A stretch of DNA of 64,000 nt, from the NCBI GenBank assembly GCA_965212055.1, contig OZ243041.1, forward strand, positions 512,001 through 576,000, written 5' to 3'. Positions 42,287 to 51,965 of this stretch are shown piece after piece. The notes beneath the pieces were generated by a model. The model did no database searches, was not told where the DNA came from, and saw only the letters and a list, made by a program, of their open reading frames with translations. Source of the DNA: Fidelibacterota bacterium. Lineage in GTDB: Bacteria; Fidelibacterota; Marinisomatia; Marinisomatales; Marinisomataceae. A program made the translations under genes and the position numbers. The stretch's first letter is position 1, and every line of letters starts with the position of its first letter.

Positions 42287-42882
42287 TAAAGAACCCATAA
42301 GCCCAATAAATAAAAACCCAAATAAATAGATAATGCACAAATAACAACTACGGCAGATAATACTCCTGCCACAAAATCATCTGCCCATATTCTTAAAGAA
42401 GCATCGTCAGAAGAATCTGATTCCATTTTTTGCCACCAAGATGGAGCTTTTTTAGGATCCTCAATCCAACCAACAGGACCAATTTTTGAAATATCAAACA
42501 TGCGAAAGATTACAAAAGTTATAATAAACATTAAATCTCTGTTTGAAAGATATTCAGGTAATATAAACTTAAATTCTCCAAAAATATCGGAAAATATACC
42601 TACAATCATCAATGAAAAAGCCATCCCAGATACTTCATCAATGACAATTTCTTTTGGGTCTTTGGATTCAAAATAGGACAAAGATTTCCCAATTAATCCT
42701 ATAGATAACATTGTGATTATAGCAATCCAAAATAATAATCCAGACGGATAAGGATCTGTCCCTAAAGGAGACCATAGTACAAGACATAACACTAATAAAG
42801 ATGCCCATGTTCCTCCACCAGGAAGTTTTCCTAAACCGCAGAGCGTAACATAATTGTAAATTAATTTATCTTTAAAACTCAT
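42286..42882 (-). CDS. pgpA: Phosphatidylglycerophosphatase A
   Basis: GTWAS, DPKEIVIDEVSG, FRMFDISK, ADDFVAG. Confidence 0.88.
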   Translation of the reverse strand: MSFKDKLIYNYVTLCGLGKLPGGGTWASLLVLCLVLWSPLGTDPYPSGLLFWIAIITMLSIGLIGKSLSYFESKDPKEIVIDEVSGMAFSLMIVGIFSDIFGEFKFILPEYLSNRDLMFIITFVIFRMFDISKIGPVGWIEDPKKAPSWWQKMESDSSDDASLRIWADDFVAGVLSAVVVICALSIYLGFYLLGLWVL

Positions 42883-43396
42883 TTTTGACCACATAATGCA
42901 TACCTGTTGCTCCTGCATATACTGCATTTAATCCCATTACTAAATCAACTAATTCTTGAGTGGGAGATGCAACTAGAATAAAGATTACAGCAAGGTGTTG
43001 AAATACGGTTTTGAATTTTCCATATTTTGAAGTAACTAAAGGTCGATTTTTATTGCGTAGATATTGACGATAGAATGTGATTAAAACATCGCGTCCAATA
43101 ATAATGCTATATGCCCATGGTGCTATTGATGGAAAATCTTCACTTCTCACTAACCCTTGATATAACAATACAGTTAGTACTCCCGTCATTAAAATTTTAT
43201 CTGCCAAAGGATCGAGAAAATTGCCCCTCTCATTTACCAAATCATATTTTCTTGCAAGATAGCCGTCAAGAAGATCGCTAATGCTACAGTAAATAAACAG
43301 AATAGATGCAATAACAAAATTATGAATAAAGATAAAATAGATAACAAAAGGAGTAACTAAAATTCTAGAAAAGGTAAAAAAGTCAGCAATACTCAA
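42872..43396 (-). CDS. pgsA: CDP-diacylglycerol--glycerol-3-phosphate phosphatidyltransferase
   Basis: SDLLDGYLAR..GNFLDPLADK, GKFKT; pgsA-pgpA-cinA-recA order. Confidence 0.88.
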   Translation of the reverse strand: MSIADFFTFSRILVTPFVIYFIFIHNFVIASILFIYCSISDLLDGYLARKYDLVNERGNFLDPLADKILMTGVLTVLLYQGLVRSEDFPSIAPWAYSIIIGRDVLITFYRQYLRNKNRPLVTSKYGKFKTVFQHLAVIFILVASPTQELVDLVMGLNAVYAGATGMHYVVKNEF

Positions 43397-43992
43397 TTTA
43401 ACTCTACTCTTTCTTTTATAGCTGTTGCAACTGTTTTATCATCAATATATTCAAGATTGCTTCCTACTGGTAAGCCAATTGCAAGACGTGATACTCTAAT
43501 ACTATGTTCTTTTAAAATTTTTTGAAGATACATTGCTGTTGCATTTCCTGATGTACTTGGATTTGTCGCAATAATAACCTCTTCTACCCCATTACTGATT
43601 CTACCTAAAAGCTTATCAAAAGAAAGTTCTGATGGGCCAATACCATCCAAAGGAGAGATTGCTCCACCCAAAACATGGTATAATCCATCATAACTATGGG
43701 TATTTTGAATTTTAATTGCATCTTCAATATTTTCAACGACACAGATATGTTTTGTATTGCTAGCGGAGCTGCAGCTACATTCTTCATCTTTTTTAAGAAA
43801 AATCATCCCACAATTTTCACAAGTCTCCAACTTATCACCGATATCTTCTAATGAAGATACTATATCATCTGCAGTTTTATCATTGGAATGAATAATAAAA
43901 TATGCAATGCGTTCTGCCCCTTTTCTTCCAATACCAGGAAGTTTTGTTAGTGCTTCTATTAATTGATCAATATATGTTGCAATATTACTCAT
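43393..43992 (-). CDS. recR: Recombination protein RecR
   Basis: LPGIGRKGAER, ICVVE, YHVLGGAISPLDG, EVIIATNP, RLAIGLPVG. Confidence 0.95.
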   Translation of the reverse strand: MSNIATYIDQLIEALTKLPGIGRKGAERIAYFIIHSNDKTADDIVSSLEDIGDKLETCENCGMIFLKKDEECSCSSASNTKHICVVENIEDAIKIQNTHSYDGLYHVLGGAISPLDGIGPSELSFDKLLGRISNGVEEVIIATNPSTSGNATAMYLQKILKEHSIRVSRLAIGLPVGSNLEYIDDKTVATAIKERVELN

Positions 43993-44306
43993 TAAATACC
44001 TGGAAGATTGTCCATTAATCCGCCTGTCACTGATTTTAATCTTTTTGATGCTGTATCTTTTGCTTTATCCAACGCTCCATTTGTAGCAACTTTAATTGCA
44101 TTTTCAATCATATCCTTATTCCCACTAAGAAGCGTTTCATCAATGGAAACTTGTGTTGTTTTCATATCAGCAGTCATTCTAACGACGCATGAGCCGTTTG
44201 CAGCAGATCCTTCGACTTCAATCTGTTCTAATTCTTTTTTTATCTCATTCATTTGAGATTTCATGTTTTGTGCTTGTTTAAGCATTTCCTTCATGTTACC
44301 AAACAT
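43992..44306 (-). CDS. ebfC: Nucleoid-associated protein YbaB/EbfC
   Basis: MLKQAQ..VEGSAANG..ATNGA; between dnaX and recR. Confidence 0.9.
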   Translation of the reverse strand: MFGNMKEMLKQAQNMKSQMNEIKKELEQIEVEGSAANGSCVVRMTADMKTTQVSIDETLLSGNKDMIENAIKVATNGALDKAKDTASKRLKSVTGGLMDNLPGI

Positions 44307-45874
44307 TACATTGTATCCTTTCCTTGAAATAATTCAACCACATCGTTTTGATTAACTGAATCATTATCTGGTTTTTCTTCAATTTTTTCAACTTCTGTAT
44401 CCACTATAATCTTTACCCCTATAGAAGCATTGAGCACTTCATTAATAGAATCTTTAACAAAACCTAAATTATCATTTATTAGTTGTTGGTTAAATTCATT
44501 GCTATCATAAGATATTAATTCAAGATTATTTCCATTCATTTCTTTAATAATACAGTCACTTAATAATGCGTGGACTGACCCTCTTTCTTCTGATATTTTA
44601 CCTAAAATTTTATCCCAAGAATCTTTTACTTGATCAGTAGTTATTGCTGATATTTTTTTAGTCGTTTTTTCTACTGTTTTTTTTACTGTTTTTTTTGGAA
44701 CACTATTGGTCTTTTTAGGTTCTGGAATAGAATGTTCTTCTTGTGGAACATTTGATTGTAAGAATTTTTCAATATCAACACTTTTATCAAATTGAAGGAA
44801 TTTCATTAATGTCATTTCAAATATCAATGTTTGGTCGGAAAAACGCTTAATAGATGCGTACAATTCCGATAAACTATTGGAAATACGCACTAAATCTTTT
44901 AAAGACCAATCGTATTTATTTTTCTTATATAGCTTTTTTAGTTCAGGAGATAGACCCATTAAATCTAGTCCATTCTTATAGTGCATCAGAGTCAAATTGC
45001 GCATATGATTAATTAGCCCCTTGATAAGATCTTCAACAATATATCCTTTCTCTTTTACATGGTTAAGAATAGTGACTAATTCTTCTCCATTCTTGTCATG
45101 CAACGCATTGGTAATATTAAAATAAATCTCTGTTGGAATTACTCCCAATAAATCAATAACTATCTCATCTGTAATCTTCTTATCGCTAAATACCAAAATT
45201 TGATCCAAAAACCCTAGAGCATCTCTCATGCTACCATCAGACTTTGATGCAATTAAATCCAATGAAGAATCATCAATTTTAACAGATTCGGCTTTTAAAA
45301 TATGTTTTAATCTATCTTTAATTACTTCGTTAGTAATGGGTAGAAAATCAAAACGTTGGCAGCGAGAAATAATAGTTTGTGGCACTTTATGGATATCTGT
45401 GGTAGCCATAACAAATTTGACATGTGATGGCGGTTCTTCAAGTGTTTTTAAAAGCGCATTAAAAGCTTGTGTAGTTAACATATGTACTTCATCAATAATT
45501 ACAACTTTAAACTTTCCTTCTAGGGGTGCAAATTTAATATTTTCTCGTAATTCTCTTATTTCATCGATTCCTCGATTTGAAGCACCATCTATCTCAATAA
45601 CATCCATTGATCTTCCTTCAATAATCTGCTTAATCACATCTGATTCAACATCATATTTAATAGATGGTTTATCTGATCCATTTAAACACATTGCAAGCAA
45701 TCTTGCTGCTGTAGTTTTGCCAACACCTCTCGGTCCGGCAAACAAGAAAGCTTGTGCAATGCGATTTTTCTCAAAGGCTTTGATTAAAGTTTTGGTAATA
45801 TGGTCTTGCCCTACAACTTCTTCAAAGTGTTTTGGTCGCCATTTTAGCGCTAAAATCTGGTAATTTTTACTCAA
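44306..45874 (-). CDS. dnaX: DNA polymerase III subunit gamma/tau
   Basis: KWRP..VVGQ, GPRGVGKTT, EIDGASN, IIDEVHML, NALLKTLEEPP, SRCQ, GSMRD. Confidence 0.96.
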   Translation of the reverse strand: MSKNYQILALKWRPKHFEEVVGQDHITKTLIKAFEKNRIAQAFLFAGPRGVGKTTAARLLAMCLNGSDKPSIKYDVESDVIKQIIEGRSMDVIEIDGASNRGIDEIRELRENIKFAPLEGKFKVVIIDEVHMLTTQAFNALLKTLEEPPSHVKFVMATTDIHKVPQTIISRCQRFDFLPITNEVIKDRLKHILKAESVKIDDSSLDLIASKSDGSMRDALGFLDQILVFSDKKITDEIVIDLLGVIPTEIYFNITNALHDKNGEELVTILNHVKEKGYIVEDLIKGLINHMRNLTLMHYKNGLDLMGLSPELKKLYKKNKYDWSLKDLVRISNSLSELYASIKRFSDQTLIFEMTLMKFLQFDKSVDIEKFLQSNVPQEEHSIPEPKKTNSVPKKTVKKTVEKTTKKISAITTDQVKDSWDKILGKISEERGSVHALLSDCIIKEMNGNNLELISYDSNEFNQQLINDNLGFVKDSINEVLNASIGVKIIVDTEVEKIEEKPDNDSVNQNDVVELFQGKDTM

Positions 45875-45943
45875 TTAAATCCTTTTACTTTCGACAATTT
45901 AACAAAAGTTTTAAATTTTATAATGATAAATAATATTAGATAG

Positions 45944-45968
45944 AAAAAAGGCGGCAATATTGCCGCCT
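45944..45968 (-). terminator. Intrinsic terminator
   Basis: AGGCGGCAA-TA-TTGCCGCCT palindrome with T6 on the - strand. Confidence 0.85.
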
Positions 45969-45984
45969 CATTTCTTATTCTTTT

Positions 45985-47481
45985 TTATTCTTCTTCCGTT
46001 GCTGGAATACTTTTAAGGCTATCTGCTTTTGTAGTACTAGCAGGTAATCCCATGGAAGCAGATTTCTCAAAATACTTTAATGCTAATTCGCTATCTCCTA
46101 CTGCAAGATAATAATCTCCCATAGAATCATATGGATTTGCAAGACCTGGTGCTAACCTGACTTGTTCTTGAAGTACTATACCAGCATTCTCTAGATCTCC
46201 TTTATCCATATAAGCATATCCTAACATGTTATATGCGGGAGTAAAATCAGGATCCATAGCAAGTAAAGCGTTTGCTCTTTTAATCACTGCATCAGCTCCA
46301 ATAGCACTCATCGTTGCAAATACAGTTTCGAATGCTAACATTGAATCATCTCGATATTTAACAGCTAATTCTTCAACTGTTTTGTTGAAAGCATCGTTAG
46401 TTCCATCTGTAACGCTTGCAGCTAAAGCATTGATTAGAGATGCTTCATCTTCAGATGCATTTAATGACATGCTCACAGCAATATCTAAATCATCAACAAG
46501 GTCTTCTCCATTCCCTAGAAACGCACTTGTTCTAGCTCTCATTCCATATGCTAATGCAAAATTTGGATCCAATTCAATAGCTTCACTGAATTTTTCATAT
46601 GCTCTATCCCAATCAATATTGTATAAATACCATCCGCCAACATTAAATGCATTTTTTGCATCTTGGTTCTCTGTAGAAGAAGGCATGATTTTTGCTTCAC
46701 CATTAGCTCGTTTTACTTGCCTCATGGTTCTTGCAAGATTGATTGGACCCCATTTATAATTAGGGTTTACTCCTATGGCTCTTCTATAATGCGCTAATGC
46801 ATTTTCAAAATCGCCCTTCATTAAATAATATTCACCCATTGAATCTAGTGCATTTGCTAGGCCATCCTTGCCATTTTCTGTACGCATATATCTTCGTAAA
46901 TGACCAGATGCTTTTTCAAATTCATCAGATCCTGGTTCTTCATTATTCATGTAGGTATAAGCAAGTAAATTAGATAAGAATCCAGCAGATGGCATCGCAG
47001 CAAATGCTTCCTCAAGCAATATCCTTGCTTCATCTAACTTATCATTTATCATTAAACTTCTTGCTGCACCATTTGCTAGATATGGGTCATTTGGATATTT
47101 TTTATACAAACTTTCATAACTATCAAATCTGCTACCTTCCCCGTTTATCCAATTAACTGCATCGCGCACTAATTTTGTTTCAGGATGTTGTGTGTTTGAT
47201 AATTCTAATGCTTTCTCATACAATTCTCTTCGTTGTACTCTATCAGTTTCAACATGTCCTTTATTTAAATAACATGATACACAATTTGAGTCTTTTGCAA
47301 TTCCTTCCTCAAATTTGTCTCGTGCCAAATCCCACATTACGTTATGTGCAAGATATAAACCTTCTTCAACTTCGCTACTTGCATCACCCGTTTGTCTTGG
47401 TAGTTTTCCATCAGAAGTACCACAACCAACAAAAAGCATTGCTAATAACGCTACAATAGAAATAAAAGAATATTTTTTCAT
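45985..47481 (-). CDS. TPR-repeat lipoprotein with internal duplication
   Basis: Lipobox LFVGC; ANALDSMGEYYLMKGD vs ANPYDSMGDYYLAVGD; AIELDPNFALAY. Confidence 0.85.
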   Translation of the reverse strand: MKKYSFISIVALLAMLFVGCGTSDGKLPRQTGDASSEVEEGLYLAHNVMWDLARDKFEEGIAKDSNCVSCYLNKGHVETDRVQRRELYEKALELSNTQHPETKLVRDAVNWINGEGSRFDSYESLYKKYPNDPYLANGAARSLMINDKLDEARILLEEAFAAMPSAGFLSNLLAYTYMNNEEPGSDEFEKASGHLRRYMRTENGKDGLANALDSMGEYYLMKGDFENALAHYRRAIGVNPNYKWGPINLARTMRQVKRANGEAKIMPSSTENQDAKNAFNVGGWYLYNIDWDRAYEKFSEAIELDPNFALAYGMRARTSAFLGNGEDLVDDLDIAVSMSLNASEDEASLINALAASVTDGTNDAFNKTVEELAVKYRDDSMLAFETVFATMSAIGADAVIKRANALLAMDPDFTPAYNMLGYAYMDKGDLENAGIVLQEQVRLAPGLANPYDSMGDYYLAVGDSELALKYFEKSASMGLPASTTKADSLKSIPATEEE

Positions 47482-47549
47482 AAATTCACCTTTCTTGTTT
47501 TTAACATCGTCTATATTAAGGACAATTTCTTAGATAATGTATTAGATTT

Positions 47550-48236
47550 TTAAGCTAATTTTTTTAATATGCTTTTTGCACCGATGATGCGAATAACAAA
47601 ACATAGTATCAATGCAATCACAGCAATTTTTTGAGAAAGAACAACGTCTTCAATTGGAATAGATCCTTGATAAAAATCATTGAAATACATATCGACAGAA
47701 TGTTTTGCAACCGGAAATACCGCTAGAAAATTTATGATACCATAAAAGGTAGGAAATTTTGGATCAAATATAATCCCAATTCCGTTAAACATTAACGCCA
47801 ATAAGATAAATCTAAATGCATATTGTGCACTATAGCTATGAATCTTCATGCTTATATCAAAAGCATCAAACGGAATTGCCACTAAACCAAAACAAATACC
47901 AGCCAACACACCAAATAATGTACCAATCTTGACAAATACAAAGGTATTTTTTGTAGAATCAAATAGTTTTTTTTCTTCTAAAAAAAACAATGAGCATCCC
48001 ACCGCAAGCGAAAACATTGCTCCGATAAAGAAAAACATCGAAGGACTGTTAAATTCTCCATTATGAGCAGTAAAAGCCCCAAGCTCACTAATAAAATTAT
48101 TGTAGAAGGAATACCCTACCGTTGTTGGATCGCTCACGGTCCCTCCTTTAAAGAAAAGAATTGCCAATCCTAGAAACGGGATAAACAACAATTGTATTAG
48201 AAGGCTTCTTAAATATGGATTATTTTTTGCAAACAT
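47550..48236 (-). CDS. Integral membrane protein (DUF998-like), paralog of 12988..13695
   Basis: GGT..YSFYNNFISELG..NGEFN; IH; SQK. Confidence 0.7.
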   Translation of the reverse strand: MFAKNNPYLRSLLIQLLFIPFLGLAILFFKGGTVSDPTTVGYSFYNNFISELGAFTAHNGEFNSPSMFFFIGAMFSLAVGCSLFFLEEKKLFDSTKNTFVFVKIGTLFGVLAGICFGLVAIPFDAFDISMKIHSYSAQYAFRFILLALMFNGIGIIFDPKFPTFYGIINFLAVFPVAKHSVDMYFNDFYQGSIPIEDVVLSQKIAVIALILCFVIRIIGAKSILKKLA

Positions 48237-48289
48237 CTTGATGGATAATTTATAATAAAAATTATATTAATTATAATGTATATTTATAC

Positions 48290-50023
48290 ATGACAAAGAG
48301 ATTATTTATTTTCATTTTATTTTCGATTCTTGTTATTAATTGTTCTAACGAAGAAAAAATACAACCACCTTCTATTGATTTTAGCCAAGATAGTACAATG
48401 AAGGATGAGTTCTATCGTGAAAAAGGAGTCTATCAAGTTGTAGACAATGTGTATGTAGCTATTGGATATGGATTGGCAAATTCTATCTTGATTGTTGGTG
48501 ATGGTGGAAATATTATCATTGATACGACTGAAAGTTACGGAGCAGCTTCTGAAATTTCTGAGGAATTCCGAAAAATATCTAATCAACCCATTAAGGCAGT
48601 GTTTTATACCCACTCTCACCCAGATCACTGGAGAGGAACTAAAGCATTTTTTGAAGAAGATACCAAAGTGTATGCACATAAAACTTTTGAAAAAGGATTT
48701 GATGATTCTATGAATTTATTAAGACCTATTTTGACAAAAAGAGGAATGAAACAATTCGGGTATTTTCTTCCAGATGAAGTGCAAGAATGGGGGCATGGAT
48801 TGGGTCTTGCGTTTGGTTGGGACTTTGTACAACCTCCGATTATATATCCAACACATCTTTTAGAGGAAAAAATAACTACAATTACCACTGCAGGTATAAC
48901 ATTAGAAGTAACTCATTCACCTGGTGAAACAGATGATCAAATTATCATCTATTATCCTGATAAAGAGGTTGTTGTTTCTGGCGATAATTATTATATGCGT
49001 TTTCCTAATTTGTACACTATTCGCGGTAGCTCCTATCGCGATACATATAAATGGTATAAATCTGTCGATGAAATGCGTGCTTACAATCCAGAGTATTTAA
49101 TTAGTTGTCATGGACCATATTTATCTGGAAAAGAAGAAGTACACAATCGACTCACTATCTATAGAGATGCGGTTCAGTATATTCATGACTATGCAATAAG
49201 AGGAATGAATCAAGGAAAAACACCAGATGAATTGGTTGAAGAATTTGAATATCCTAGTTTCTTTAAAGAAAACTTTGATTTACAGGAAAAATATGGAAAA
49301 GTAAGTTGGAGTATTCGCAATGTATATAGTGGCTATATTGGATTCTTTGATGGAAAAGCAGTAAATCTTGAACCATTATCTAGTAAACAACGTAATAAAA
49401 GACTGCTGGATATTATCGGATCTAAAGAAACATTAATTGAACTAATAAAACAAGCTAATGATGATGGAGATTTCCAATGGGCAGCAGAATTATGTGAGAT
49501 TGGTTCTTCTAATTTCCCTAACGATAAAACTATTAAAGAACTATATGGAAACACGCTAATAGTTTTAGGTAAAGAAGAAACAAATCCTATTGCACGCAAT
49601 TGGTATTTATCAGATGCATATGAAATGATGGGACTTATCACTCCACACGAACAATACAAATCAACGGAAGGACAAATTGAAAGGATTCCAATTAAAACAT
49701 TCTTTAATGCAATGCCTCCACGTCTTAATCCTAAAAAAGCAAACGGAAAATCTATAAAAATTGGTTTTGTTATGTCCGATACTGGTCAAACATTTGGAAT
49801 GATTTTAAGAAATAATATTATTGAAATTACACAAAGTGTTCCTGATAATTCCGATGCAACCGCAAGTGTAAATACAATGACCTGGAAAAAAATCTCTGTT
49901 GGTTTAGCAGATGCAAAAGAAGCAATGGCAAATGGAGACTTGGTGATTGATGGAAGCAAATTAAAGTTTGCGCAATTCTTTGCGATGTTTGATAGAGATT
50001 CGTTTCAATTAATAGTCGATTAA
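48290..50023 (+). CDS. Alkyl sulfatase SdsA1/BDS1 family (MBL + dimerisation + SCP2-like domains)
   Basis: YTHSHPDH, PGETDDQ, FPNLYTIRG, CHG, YGKVSWS..YIGFFDG, ARNWYL; C-terminal sterol-carrier-like domain. Confidence 0.92.
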   Translation: MTKRLFIFILFSILVINCSNEEKIQPPSIDFSQDSTMKDEFYREKGVYQVVDNVYVAIGYGLANSILIVGDGGNIIIDTTESYGAASEISEEFRKISNQPIKAVFYTHSHPDHWRGTKAFFEEDTKVYAHKTFEKGFDDSMNLLRPILTKRGMKQFGYFLPDEVQEWGHGLGLAFGWDFVQPPIIYPTHLLEEKITTITTAGITLEVTHSPGETDDQIIIYYPDKEVVVSGDNYYMRFPNLYTIRGSSYRDTYKWYKSVDEMRAYNPEYLISCHGPYLSGKEEVHNRLTIYRDAVQYIHDYAIRGMNQGKTPDELVEEFEYPSFFKENFDLQEKYGKVSWSIRNVYSGYIGFFDGKAVNLEPLSSKQRNKRLLDIIGSKETLIELIKQANDDGDFQWAAELCEIGSSNFPNDKTIKELYGNTLIVLGKEETNPIARNWYLSDAYEMMGLITPHEQYKSTEGQIERIPIKTFFNAMPPRLNPKKANGKSIKIGFVMSDTGQTFGMILRNNIIEITQSVPDNSDATASVNTMTWKKISVGLADAKEAMANGDLVIDGSKLKFAQFFAMFDRDSFQLIVD

Positions 50024-50536
50024 AGTACGAACTTCACCATACTTATCTGCTATTTTCTTTGATCCACCTAACTCTGGTAAATCTATTAAAGAAAGCGTAT
50101 GAATAGCAGCTGCACCTAACTCTTCACATAAATCAGCGGTTGCAATAGCTGTACCACCTGTAGCAATCAAATCATCAACAATTAAAATAGTGTCTCCTTT
50201 GTGGACTGAATCAGCATGGATATGAACACTATTGGTACCATATTCTAAGGTAAACGGTTTGCTAACGGTTCTTCGTGGCAATTTTCCAGGTTTACGTGCC
50301 AAGACAAAAGGTTTTGACAGTGCATAAGCAATTGGAGCTGCCCAAAAAAATCCTCTTGATTCAACTCCAACAATTTTATCAAATGATAAATCAGAAACTT
50401 TCTCTACCATAAGATCCACAGTTGCTTTAAATGCTTCAGGATCTTCTAAGAGAGTTGTAATGTCCCTAAAAATAATTCCAGGGATTGGATAGTCATGAAC
50501 TATTGTAATCGTCTTTTTAATATCTTCTACATTCAT
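50009..50536 (-). CDS. apt: Adenine phosphoribosyltransferase
   Basis: PIPGIIFRDIT, ESRGF, RKPGKLP, LEYG, VDDLIATGGT. Confidence 0.96.
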   Translation of the reverse strand: MNVEDIKKTITIVHDYPIPGIIFRDITTLLEDPEAFKATVDLMVEKVSDLSFDKIVGVESRGFFWAAPIAYALSKPFVLARKPGKLPRRTVSKPFTLEYGTNSVHIHADSVHKGDTILIVDDLIATGGTAIATADLCEELGAAAIHTLSLIDLPELGGSKKIADKYGEVRTLIDY

Positions 50537-50588
50537 AAATATTGGCGCTATAATAGGAAAAACAGATTAAACTTCAAAGCAATATCTA

Positions 50589-51251
50589 TTATGATGGTAA
50601 TACGTAGAAGAATACCGACATAAAATGACTAAAACTTCCAAATAGTACACAAGCATGCCAGATGGCATGATTATATGGAATTTTGTCATCCATAGCATAG
50701 AAAAATACCCCGATTGTATATGCAGCCCCACCGCTAATCAACCATATCAACCCTTCATAAGGCAATTGTGCCAATAATGGATTGATATAGAAAAGACATA
50801 TGTATCCCATACACAAATAAAGCAAGGTAGAAATAACATTATATCTTCCCGTTGTAAAAATTTTCCAAATCGCTCCTAAAAACGCAATCAACCACATAAT
50901 CCCGAACAACCTCCATCCTTCAACTCCTTTAAGCATTATAAGCGCATAAGGAGTATAAGAACCTGCAATTAATACATAAATCGCAATCATATCTAGTATT
51001 CTATAGCGATTACGCGCAATAGGCTCTTGAGTACTATGATACAGAGTTGACGCAGTATACAATAATATTAAACTGACACCAAAAATAGTAAGACTAAAAA
51101 TATAAATTGAATTTCCATTCTCCAATGCACGCAGCAATAAGAAAACAAACGCAATGATGCTTAAAATTAGTCCAAACCCATGGCTTAATATGTTGATTTT
51201 CTCTTCTTTATTAGAATAGAAACGTTGTTGAATCTTATTTTGTATTCTCAA
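50589..51251 (-). CDS. Hemolysin III/PAQR-family membrane protein
   Basis: EEKINILSHG, ASTLYH, LD..AIY.LIAGSYTP, HAIWH. Confidence 0.92.
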   Translation of the reverse strand: MRIQNKIQQRFYSNKEEKINILSHGFGLILSIIAFVFLLLRALENGNSIYIFSLTIFGVSLILLYTASTLYHSTQEPIARNRYRILDMIAIYVLIAGSYTPYALIMLKGVEGWRLFGIMWLIAFLGAIWKIFTTGRYNVISTLLYLCMGYICLFYINPLLAQLPYEGLIWLISGGAAYTIGVFFYAMDDKIPYNHAIWHACVLFGSFSHFMSVFFYVLPS

Positions 51252-51275
51252 TTTTTGATTTGAATTAAAATCTTT

Positions 51276-51935
51276 TTAATTCTTAATGTTATGCTTATCA
51301 CAGAGACCAGATAAAAAACTCCACAACATATGCACAGTAGAGAATGCAGCTTCTTTGGCAAGAATTTGTTCTTCTTCATCTAGTTGTAACATCAGTTGTT
51401 CACTTTGTTCACGATGCAATACATCAGCATCTTTATGCACAACAAAATATTCCAATCCTTGATTGGTTGAAATATTATAATGATCAATCAATCCTTTAAT
51501 TTTGGTTTCAGCAATTTCAGGTACTTGACGCTCATATGCATACAATGCCCCAAGTCCTTCTGCATAAGAAGAACGCGATAAACGAAAGAAATTTTCAATC
51601 AAATCTGAAGTAAAATATTCCTGTTTCACCGAATCCAAACTATTCTCATCTGCACCTGCTGCCAACGCAAATTGTTTCCAAAGCATTGGGTGGTCTTTAT
51701 GAAGATCTTCTTCGTCGCTTAGATTGTCCAAAAGTATTTTTCTTTTTTCGATATCTTCACACATAGAATGTGTAGCACTAATGTATCTAGGAAATGCTTT
51801 GATATGTTGATAATACTGTTCTGCGTAATCCTGCAGTATTTCTTGTGTTAATTCTCCTTTTTCCCATGCGACATAAAATGGATGATTTAATAGGTGAAAT
51901 CTGTCTAGCTTATTATTTAGTTCACTTAAATTCAT
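51276..51935 (-). CDS. CADD-family heme-oxygenase-like dimetal oxidase (putative pABA synthase)
   Basis: HLLNHPFY..W..G.L, QYY.HIKAFPRYIS, NL.DEE....H..LW, YAYE.QVPEIA.TK..GL, F.VH..AD..H. Confidence 0.9.
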   Translation of the reverse strand: MNLSELNNKLDRFHLLNHPFYVAWEKGELTQEILQDYAEQYYQHIKAFPRYISATHSMCEDIEKRKILLDNLSDEEDLHKDHPMLWKQFALAAGADENSLDSVKQEYFTSDLIENFFRLSRSSYAEGLGALYAYERQVPEIAETKIKGLIDHYNISTNQGLEYFVVHKDADVLHREQSEQLMLQLDEEEQILAKEAAFSTVHMLWSFLSGLCDKHNIKN

Positions 51936-51965
51936 TCTAAAATCCCCTTTCCTTATTACCTTAAT

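Noticed and set aside
45228..46759. Long antisense ORFs (211 aa and 177 aa), and similar ones over pheT, leuS, pnp and infB
   Set aside because: They lie antisense to well-supported genes and have no recognisable motifs.
32614..51935. PQQ biosynthesis (PqqB-like and PqqC-like genes)
   Set aside because: The genes are ~18 kb apart, no pqqA/D/E is seen, and the second has CADD rather than PqqC signatures.
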